From contig CAVYKN010000016.1 of NCBI GenBank assembly GCA_963769115.1, positions 57,740 to 81,739 of the forward strand: a stretch of DNA of 24,000 nt, read 5' to 3'. The notes beneath the pieces are model-generated. The model saw only the letters and a list, made by a program, of their open reading frames with translations. It was not told where the DNA came from and ran no database searches. The DNA comes from an uncultured Acidimicrobiales bacterium. GTDB lineage: Bacteria > Actinomycetota > Acidimicrobiia > Acidimicrobiales > Ilumatobacteraceae. Below, in pieces: positions 17,215 to 24,000 of the stretch. A program made the translations under genes and the position numbers. Position 1 is the stretch's first letter. Each line of letters opens with the position of its first letter.

Positions 17215-17610
17215 GTGGCGCAACACGAGATCGAGGTCATCCTCACCCGCGAGCTCGCCAGCTACCTGGCGACGGCCGTGTTCGTCGTCGACCCCGAGGG
17301 CGAGCTCATCTACTACAACGAACCCGCCGAACGCCTGCTCGGCACCCGCTTCGACGAGACGGGTCCGATGGCGATGTCGGACTGGACGAGCATGTTCTCG
17401 GCCACCGACGAGGACGACCGGCCGCTCCAGGCCGAGCAGCTCCCGCTGGTGGCGGCCCTGCAGTACGGCCGCCCGCAGCACGAGCGCTTCCGGATCCGGG
17501 GGCTGGACGGCGGGCGGCGGCTGATCGAGGTCACGGCCATCCCGCTGCTCGGACAGGCGGGCCGGTTCGTGGGGGCGGCGGCGTTGTTCTGGGAGGCCGG
17601 CGAACCGTGA
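17215..17610 (+). CDS. stand-alone PAS domain protein
   Basis: GGAGGA at 17203-17208 sits 6 nt before GTG 17215. The 131-aa product reads AVFVVDPEGELIYYNEPAERLLG...RFRIRGLDGGRRLIEVTAIPLLGQAGRFVGAAALFWE, which is a typical PAS fold pattern. The stop TGA 17608-17610 overlaps the next start. Confidence 0.75.
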   Translation: MAQHEIEVILTRELASYLATAVFVVDPEGELIYYNEPAERLLGTRFDETGPMAMSDWTSMFSATDEDDRPLQAEQLPLVAALQYGRPQHERFRIRGLDGGRRLIEVTAIPLLGQAGRFVGAAALFWEAGEP

Positions 17611-18460
17611 TGGTGCGGTTCTGGGGCACGCGCGGATCCCTCGCCACCCCCGGCCTCGACACCGTGCGCTACGGCGGCAACACGTCCTGCGTCGAGGTGC
17701 GCACCGACGCCGGCGACCTGGCGGTGCTCGACGCCGGCACCGGGATCCGGGCGCCTCGGCCGGGAGATCCCCACCGACGCCAAGCGGGTCGACGTGCTCC
17801 TCAGCCACCTGCACATGGACCACGTCCAAGGCCTGGGCTTCTTCGAGTGCCTGTACCGCGGAAGGGTGCCAGGTCCACCTGTGGGGGCCGGCGTCGACGA
17901 CCATGTCCCTGCGGACACGGCTCACCCGCTACCTGTCACCGCCCCTCTTCCCCGTCCGGCTGCGCGACCTGCCCGCGCTCACACTGCACGACGTGCCGCT
18001 CGGCCGGTTCGAGATCCCGGGCTTCACCGTGCACTGCGCGCTCGTCCGCCATCCGGCACCGACGGTCGGCTACCGCCTGGAGGCGGACGACACGGCCCTC
18101 GCCTACCTGTCGGACCACGAGCCGGCGCTCGGCGTGCGCGACTTCCCGGGCCCGCCCGAGTGGACGTCCGGCTTCGACCTCGCCCGCGACGCCGATCTGC
18201 TCATCCACGACACGCAGTACACGGACGCCGAGTACGAGACGAGGTTGGGCTGGGGCCACAGCACGGTCGCCCAGGCCGTGGCCTTCGTGACCGCCGTCGG
18301 CGCCCGCACCTACGTCCCGTTCCACTACGACCCGACGCACGGCGACGCCGAGCTCGACCAGATGCACGCCGCGGCGGCGGATGCGCTGCGCGGGATCTGC
18401 CGCGTCATCCCTGCCCGCGAGGGCCAGACGCTGTCCGTCACACCGGGCGGGGTGGCATAG
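17610..18460 (+). pseudogene. MBL-fold metallo-hydrolase (PhnP / class II phosphodiesterase-like); two frame breaks
   Basis: ATG 17610 forms a TGATG overlap with the PAS gene. Frame 3 reads MVRFWGTRGSLATPGLDTVRYGGNTSCVEVRTDAGDLAVLDAGTGIRA. An extra C at 17754-17755 shifts to frame 1 (LGREIPTDAKRVDVLLSHLHMDHVQGLGFFECLYR, the HxHxDH motif). An extra G at 17860-17861 shifts to frame 2 (EGCQVHLWGPAS...LIHDTQYTDAEYETRLGWGHS...; ORF 17903..18460). Confidence 0.75.
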
Positions 18461-18466
18461 TCGTCC

Positions 18467-19438
18467 ATGGCCTTCACCCGCGTGTACTGCAAGGGTGTCC
18501 TCGAAGCCGAGGGGTTCCCGGTCGCCGACGTGTCGGACCACCTCGAGCGACCCGACACCGTCGTGTGGGTGGATCTCTGCGGACCGTCCATCGACCAGCT
18601 GCACGAGCTGGCCGAAGAGCTCGGTCTCCACGAGCTGGCCGTCGAGGACGCGCTGGGACCGCACCAGCGCCCCAAGATCGACCGCTACCCCACGCACGCC
18701 TTCCTGTCGTGCCACTCGGTCCGCGTGAACATCGACGAGGGCGAGCTCGACGAGACGGAGATCGACGCGTTCATCTCGAAGCGTTGGCTCATCACCGTGC
18801 GCAAGGACGACAGCTTCCCCATGGAGCCGGTCATCGCCCGCTGGGACCAGTCGCCCGACCTCGCCATCCACGGCGTCGGCTTCCTGCTGTACGGGCTCCT
18901 CGACGTGGTGGTCGACGGCTACTTCGACGCCGAGCGCCAGCTCGACGAGTACTTCGACGAGATCAGCGAAGGCGTCTTCTCCGAGAACCCGCTCCAACCG
19001 ACGCAACAGCGCCACTGGTTCGAGATGCGGCGATCGCTGGTGCGGTTCCACCGGCTCGTCATGCCGATGCGCGAGACGGTCAGCGGGTTGATGCGGCGCG
19101 AGCACCCCGCCATCGCCGAGCCGCTGTTCCCGTACTACCAGGACGTGTACGACCACGTCCTCCGGGTGAGCGAGTCGACGGACGCGCTGCGGGATCTCGT
19201 GGGCACGATCGTCGACGCCAACCTCGCGTTGCGCGACTACCGCACCAACCAGATCATGAAGAAGGTGACGAGCTGGGCGGCGATCATCGCCGTGCCCACG
19301 CTGATCACCGGCTACTACGGGATGAACGTGCCCTACCCGACCTCCGGCGAGTCGAGCGGCGTGTACGTGTCCGCCGGGCTGATGGCCGTCATGGCGGGCG
19401 GCCTCTATCTCGTGTTCAAGCGCAAGGACTGGCTCTAG
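18467..19438 (+). CDS. corA: magnesium/cobalt transporter CorA
   Basis: Intact 323-aa ORF starting 6 nt after the MBL stop. It has a cytoplasmic N-domain, two C-terminal TM helices and the signature YGMNV (GMN motif), followed by a KRKDWL tail. Confidence 0.92.
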   Translation: MAFTRVYCKGVLEAEGFPVADVSDHLERPDTVVWVDLCGPSIDQLHELAEELGLHELAVEDALGPHQRPKIDRYPTHAFLSCHSVRVNIDEGELDETEIDAFISKRWLITVRKDDSFPMEPVIARWDQSPDLAIHGVGFLLYGLLDVVVDGYFDAERQLDEYFDEISEGVFSENPLQPTQQRHWFEMRRSLVRFHRLVMPMRETVSGLMRREHPAIAEPLFPYYQDVYDHVLRVSESTDALRDLVGTIVDANLALRDYRTNQIMKKVTSWAAIIAVPTLITGYYGMNVPYPTSGESSGVYVSAGLMAVMAGGLYLVFKRKDWL

Positions 19439-19456
19439 CCGGGTCGTCGCCGCGCC

Positions 19457-22295
19457 TCAGGAGCCCTGGGTGGTGTCCGGCTCGTACAGGCAGCCGTAGC
19501 CGGCGGGGCGGCCCACCGCCTCGGGCACGTCGCCCAGGTCGAAGAGGTCCGGCGTCTGGGGGTTGGCCGTCGCGAACGCGGCCGCCCCGCTGAGCGAACC
19601 GGTCGCTCCCGACGGTCTCTGCCGCTGCCGCGACGACCTCCTGCTCTGCGGCCGTGGTGTCGAGCCCGGCCACCGCGCTCAACGCTTGGTCGGCCTGGTC
19701 CGCCAGCAGGGTGACCGCGTCCTCGTCGGCTCCCAGGGATTCCAGGGCAGCGACCGCGGCCCGGGCCCGGTCGAGGACGGGCTGGGCCCGGACGGCGAGC
19801 TCGACCGGGGCGGCGGCGATGAACGCCGGCAACCGCCGGGCCAGCACCGGCCCGAACGCCAGGTCGTGCCGGCCCGCTTCGCCGTCGGGCTCGGTGGAGG
19901 CGCCCAGGGCCCAGGCGTAGATGGTCTTCCTGGCCTGCGGAAGGGCGGCGCAGAAGGCGGCCGGGTCGCCACCGGTCAGGCGGCGGGATGGGTGTGGCGG
20001 TCAGGGGCGGTCCGCTGTCGGCCGGGGTCGCGGTGGCCGGCGTGGTCGTGGTGTCAGGCGTGGTCGGGGTGGTGCTGGTGCCGGTGGCCCCGCCGGCCAC
20101 CGTCGTCGTTCCGGCGGCGGTCGGCACGGTGGTGGCCGTCGCGGCGGTCCCACCGAGCAGGGAGCGCAACTGCTGCGCATGCTGGTCCGCGGTGTCGACC
20201 AGGTCGCCACGGCCGGCGAAGTCGACGGCGACGATGGTCGGGAAGAGTCCCCGTTCCTGGATGCACCGCTCCATCCGGTCCTCCAGGACGTCGCGATGGT
20301 TGGCCTGCGAAGCCGCCGACGGATCGGCCAGGCCCTTCTTGCTGACCCAGTGGTTGATGAGCAGCATCGGCGCCGACGCCGGCCCGCGGTTGGGCTGGCA
20401 GTCGAACGCCTCGACGCTCGGGTAGGTGAACGGCGTCTCCTGGAACCACTCGTACGTCTGGTGGTACCAGGCCGGGCCGCCCGTCCCGCCCACTTCGGCG
20501 AACACGAGCAGGGTCGTGCCGGCGTCGATGAGGTCACCCAACGTCGGCAAGGGCTCCCCGGGATGCAGCATGGCCACGCGGTCGCCGAGCCCGGCCTGCT
20601 CGATGGCCGCCGCCGTGTCGGCCGGGGTCGTCGCGTCCTGGATGTCGAGGATGACCACATCCTCGGGGTGGGTGTCGAGGAAGCCCTTCACGTCGGCCAG
20701 CACGCTGGCGAAGCTGACGGCGCCCAACTCGCAGTAGTTGTGGCAGAGGTAGATGGACCGTTTGGCGTTGGCGGCCCGCGGGGCCCGGGCCGCGAGCTCG
20801 TCGGCGCGGGCGGAGACCTGAGGGTCGATCTCCTCGCCCTGGCGCGGTGACCGGAGGGCCGACACGGTCGGTGATCACCAGGGGCGTGCCCGCTCCCGGC
20901 AGACGGGCCGAGGACGGGACGCCGTAGTGGGTGTCGATGAGCAGCGCCCGGACACCGGCGTCGAGCTGGGCCTTGATCGTGTTGACCTGCTCGCCGAAGA
21001 GCCACCCGGGATAGAGCGCCGACGACATCGAGTTGTGGGTGCCGGGGAAGACGACCTGGTCCAACCGCAGGTCGCACCGTTCCTGGGCGCCGTTGCACTG
21101 CTGGATCCCGAGTGTTTCCGCCTTCTGACCGGCCTGGCGCGTGCTCACGACGAGCCCCACGGTGACGAGGCCGACCAGCACGACCGCCGTCCCGGCGATG
21201 ACCAGGTGCCGCGCCCGATGGGCCGGCCGGCCGTGCTCGCGGGCCGCTCCGGCGGCGCCCGAGCCGATCAGGCCGACCAGCTCCGTCACCGCGAGATAGC
21301 TCAGCCACAGGCCGCCGGCCACGATCAGGATCTCGAAGTTGCCTTGCGGATCCCGGATGAAGAGAAGGCCGATGAACAGGCCGAGCACCCCGAGCAGGAT
21401 CGTCCCCCCGGTCGTGGCCCGCCGGCGCTCGATCCAGGCCGCGAACCTCGACCGGACCACGCTCGGCGTGAGACGCGTCGCCGCGCCTCCGAGCGCGCCG
21501 CGCGGCGGCCGCGGTGACGATGCCGTACCCCATGATCCAGAAGCCGGCGGTGTTCAGGTCCGCGGTGGCCCGGGCCAGCGCGCCCTGGACGGCCTGGGAC
21601 AGCTCGGGGCTGTCGATGCGCTGCCCGGCATAGATGCGGAGGCCTTTGAGGATGCCGACGATCACGAGGCCGTCGATGACCAGCATCCAGCCCACGCGGG
21701 CGACGGTGCGCCGGCGGTCGCGGCTGAGCGCGATGGCCGCCGCAGCGAGGACGATCCCGCCGATGATCCCGACGAAGGCAACCGTCTCGATGATGTCGTC
21801 GAGCTCCCAGATGTGGAGCTGGTCGGCGCGCCGGGTGACGTCGGCCAGGCTCCGGCCCAGCCCGGCGCCACTGGGCTTGGCGGTGCTGCTCGCCGACCGC
21901 TGCTCGAGGCTGGCCGAGACCAGCGCGAACGAATCGGAGAGGTCCAGCCCGCCCGCACCCCCCAGGCCGTCGACGAGCGACTCGTGGGTCTGGCGGATGG
22001 CCGTGCGGAAGATCGAGCGGAACGTGTCGGTGTCGACGACCGCCTCGACGGCCAGGATCGCTGCCGGCCGGAAGGCGATGGCCTGCTCGTTCCCGGCGCG
22101 GGCGAGCTGCTCCGTGAGGCGTTCGGCTACCTCCCGCCGCACGGACGAGGAGTCGAGGAGCTGCACGGTGCGCCGGCTGAACGTGGCGCTGTCGTAGATG
22201 GTCGCATCCGCCCAGGCCGCGATCACGCCGATGGGAACCAGGACCCCGCTCAGCACGAGCAGCACCGTGCTGAGCCCCGACCGCACCCGCTGCAT
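19457..22295 (-). pseudogene. large membrane protein with PI-PLC X-domain-like (PLC-like phosphodiesterase) catalytic domain, Thr/Pro-rich linker and unassigned C-terminal domain; about four frame breaks (may be two adjacent genes)
   Basis: ATG 22295 opens MQRVRSGLSTVLLVLSGVLVPIGVIAAW... (a TM helix, a ~150-aa soluble region, then more TM helices). A break at about 21500 leads to ...FAAWIERRRATTGGTILLGVLGLFIGLLF...LVIAGTAVVLVGLVTVGLVV...CDLRLDQVVFPGTHNSMSS...RALLIDTHYG (ORF 20534..21460). A break at about 20866 leads to ...KRSIYLCHNYCELG...HPEDVVILDIQD...LLINHWVS...IVAVDFAGRGDLV and the T/P-rich linker (ORF 19435..20865). A break at about 19980 leads to LTGGDPAAFCAALPQARKTIYAWALG...AAAPVELAVRAQPVLDRARAAVAALESLG. 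A break at about 19590 leads to ...GAAAFATANPQTPDLFDLGDVPEAVGRPAGYGCLYEPDTTQGS, ending at TGA (complement of 19457-19459). No in-frame stop separates the N-terminal membrane part from the PLC part, but a start at GTG 21460 for a separate PLC gene cannot be excluded. Confidence 0.55.
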
Positions 22296-22364
22296 GAGAA
22301 GGGGAATCTACGCCCGGCCGGCCCACCGCCTCGCGCAACGGGTGGCGCACGTACCATCCGGCCG

Positions 22365-23777
22365 ATGGAGCTCTGGAGGCTGTCTGCCACGGAACTGCTC
22401 GACGGCTACGCGCGGGGCGCGTTCAGTTGCGCGGAGGCCGTGACGGACGTCGTCGCCCACATCCGCGCCCGCAACCCGACGCTCAACGCCATCGTCGTCG
22501 ACCTCGGCGACGACGCGCTCGACGCGGCTCGCGCCGCCGACGACGCGCGGGCGCGCGGCGAGCCGCTCGGGCCCCTGCACGGCGTCCCCGCCACCATCAA
22601 GCAGAACATCGACGTCGCCGGTCAGCCCACGCCCAACGGTCTGCCCGCCCTGAAGGACAACGTGGCCCCGGACGACTCGGCCGTGACCGCCAACCTGCGG
22701 CGGGCCGGCGCGGTGTTCATCGGTCGCACCAACGTGCCCGAGCTCTCGATGCGGTTCACGACCTCCAACCCGCTCGAGGGCCGCACGGTCAACCCGTGGA
22801 ACCCCGAGGCCTCACCGGGCGGTTCGTCGGGCGGTGCCGGCGCGGCCGCCGCCGCGGGCTTCGGGCCCCTGCACCACGGCAACGACATCGCCGGCAGCCT
22901 GCGGGTCCCGGCGTGGTGCAACGGCGTCGTCACCATCAAGCCCAGCCAGGGGCGTCTGCCCGCCTACAACCCGACCTCGACCACCGAACGGGGCCTGCTG
23001 GCCGGGCTGATGTCCTGCCAGGGCATCCTCGCCCGGACCGTGGCCGACGTGCGACTCGCCACGCGGGCGATGGCCGAGCGCGACCCGCGTGACCCGTGGT
23101 GGTCGCCGGCGCCGTTCGACGGCCTTCCGCGGCCGGCGCCGACCAGGGTCGCGGTCACGACCAACCCCCACGGGTATCCGATCGACGAACGGGTGGCGGC
23201 CCTCGTCGACCGTGCCGCGGGTCTCCTGGCCGATGCCGGCTACGCGGTCGACGCGGTGGAGCCGCCGCCGATCACCGAGCCGGCGCGGGGCTGGATGAGC
23301 GCGGGCATCACCGAGCTCAAGCTGACGCTCGACGAGTCGGTCCGCCGTCACGGCAGCGACGAGCTGGGCGCCGTCTTCGACGCCTACTACGACATGGGCG
23401 AGCTGCTCGACCTGGCCGGCTACCGCGCCGTGCTGTCGGACCGCACGCGCATGATGAGGGCCTGGAGCCTCTTCCAGGAGGAGCATCCGCTCGTGCTGAC
23501 GCCGCTCCTCATGCGTCCGTGGTTCCCGTGGGACTACGACGCCCAGGGGCCGGCCGCGGTGCGGGACCTGTTCGACTCGGCCATCTACAGCTACGGCGTG
23601 AACTTCCTCGGCCTACCAGGCGGTGTGGTCCCTGTCGGTCTGGTGGACGGACTACCCGTCGGCGTCCAGGTCATCGGTCCCCGCTACCGCGAAGATCTCG
23701 TGCTCGACGCCATGGGAGCGATCGAGGCGCGGACCGGCTCGATCCTGGACGGGCTCTGGTCGACCTGGCCCGCCTGA
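22365..23777 (+). CDS. amidase (amidase-signature family), second copy
   Basis: This is the last 470 aa of the chimeric ORF 21339..23777, starting at ATG 22365 (MELWRLSATELLDGY...). Motifs: GVPATIKQNID (Lys), GGSSGGAGAAAAAG, NDIAGSLRVPAWCNGVVTIKPSQGR. It is clearly diverged from the amidase at 4825-6231. Confidence 0.9.
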   Translation: MELWRLSATELLDGYARGAFSCAEAVTDVVAHIRARNPTLNAIVVDLGDDALDAARAADDARARGEPLGPLHGVPATIKQNIDVAGQPTPNGLPALKDNVAPDDSAVTANLRRAGAVFIGRTNVPELSMRFTTSNPLEGRTVNPWNPEASPGGSSGGAGAAAAAGFGPLHHGNDIAGSLRVPAWCNGVVTIKPSQGRLPAYNPTSTTERGLLAGLMSCQGILARTVADVRLATRAMAERDPRDPWWSPAPFDGLPRPAPTRVAVTTNPHGYPIDERVAALVDRAAGLLADAGYAVDAVEPPPITEPARGWMSAGITELKLTLDESVRRHGSDELGAVFDAYYDMGELLDLAGYRAVLSDRTRMMRAWSLFQEEHPLVLTPLLMRPWFPWDYDAQGPAAVRDLFDSAIYSYGVNFLGLPGGVVPVGLVDGLPVGVQVIGPRYREDLVLDAMGAIEARTGSILDGLWSTWPA

Positions 23778-23805
23778 GGCGGCGCAACGCGACGCGCGGG
23801 CGGCA

Positions 23806-24000
23806 TCAGCGGCTCAGGATCCACGCGACGACGAACGGCACCGAGTTCGTGGCGCAATGGGCCAAGATCGGCGCCACCAGGCTCCGCGAGGCGACGCGCA
23901 GCCAGCAGAAGCCGACGCCGACCGCCGTCGTCGCCGCCATGGTGCCGAGCACCGTGCTCAGCTTCCCGGCGCTGACCAGCGCCTCGTTCTCGGCGTCGCC
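23806..24000 (-). CDS. CPBP-family intramembrane metalloprotease (CAAX protease/Abi-like), C-terminal 64 codons only; the gene continues beyond the window
   Basis: It is absent from the ORF track because no start lies in the window. My translation of the minus strand is ...GTMAATTAVGVGFCWLRVASRSLVAPILAHCATNSVPFVVAWILSR, ending at TGA (complement of 23806-23808). SL.API.AH...N matches the last conserved CPBP motif. Confidence 0.6.
   Translation of the reverse strand, partial: GDAENEALVSAGKLSTVLGTMAATTAVGVGFCWLRVASRSLVAPILAHCATNSVPFVVAWILSR

Noticed and set aside
485-19156. Many long antisense ORFs (485..1858, 2091..3239, 5167..6525, 12300..13829, 14974..16152, 16477..17925, 17936..19156 and others)
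   Set aside because: Each lies opposite a gene with strong family motifs. Each has Arg/Pro/Gly/Ala/His-dominated translations with no recognisable domains. This is the expected shadow-ORF behaviour of a high-GC genome.
17794-19593. 599-aa ORF across MBL, corA and beyond
   Set aside because: Only about 25 codons (LLSHLHMDHVQGLGFFECLYR) are genuine MBL sequence. The rest is out-of-frame read-through across corA, which is clearly encoded in another frame with its GMN motif.
19990-20165. Repetitive ACC/ACG/GCC-rich DNA (also at 16995-17064) as a possible CRISPR-like or tandem-repeat element
   Set aside because: There is no regular repeat-spacer periodicity. Both stretches translate in frame as Thr/Pro/Ala/Ser-rich linkers within the PLC-like and surface-protein genes.
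1350-21500. Programmed ribosomal frameshifting as the explanation for the frame changes
   Set aside because: There are too many sites in unrelated genes. I saw no shared slippery heptamer or downstream structure at the sites I could localise. Some changes create immediate in-frame stops (for example TGA at 8829-8831). Indels, whether real or artefactual, are the simpler explanation.
21339-23777. 812-aa ORF
   Set aside because: The first about 340 codons are the antisense of the membrane/PLC gene and read as low-complexity Arg/Gly/Asp/Pro. The real amidase starts at ATG 22365 with a typical N-terminus.
4825-23777. The two amidase genes (4825-6231 and 22365-23777) as a recent duplication or repeat pair flanking an island
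   Set aside because: They share only the family signature motifs. The sequences are otherwise diverged at protein level, sit on opposite strands, and have no flanking mobile-element genes or terminal repeats.

Overview
This is a very GC-rich chromosomal segment (about 70% or more by eye). It looks actinobacterial, because it carries an F420-type luciferase-like oxidoreductase, a FadE-type acyl-CoA dehydrogenase and a DUF2510/DUF4328 membrane protein. I can support 24 protein-coding loci. I found no rRNA, tRNA, CRISPR array, transposase, integrase or recognisable defence gene. Most of the content is small-molecule metabolism: two extradiol dioxygenases, an FAD monooxygenase, two amidases, a nitroreductase, two SDRs, a TauD/BBOX-like dioxygenase, an acyl-CoA dehydrogenase and an LLM oxidoreductase. 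The rest is envelope and ion-transport functions: a CPA1 antiporter, CorA, a sortase-type surface protein and a membrane PLC-like protein. Genes are tightly packed, with several ATGA or TGATG stop/start overlaps. The main oddity is that 13 of the 24 loci can only be read by switching reading frame one or more times, about 30 inferred single-base breaks in all. There is a hotspot at 7.4-9.3 kb, and one gene (nitronate monooxygenase) also carries a large internal deletion. From sequence alone I cannot tell consensus indel errors from real gene decay. Stop codons are rare at this GC content, so several very long ORFs in the supplied track are chimeric read-throughs and not genes. I see no convincing evidence for a new multi-gene system. 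The most system-like candidates are all modest: a PAS / MBL-hydrolase / CorA coupled operon, a large membrane-anchored PLC-like protein with an unassigned C-terminal domain, and two compact oxidoreductase operons.
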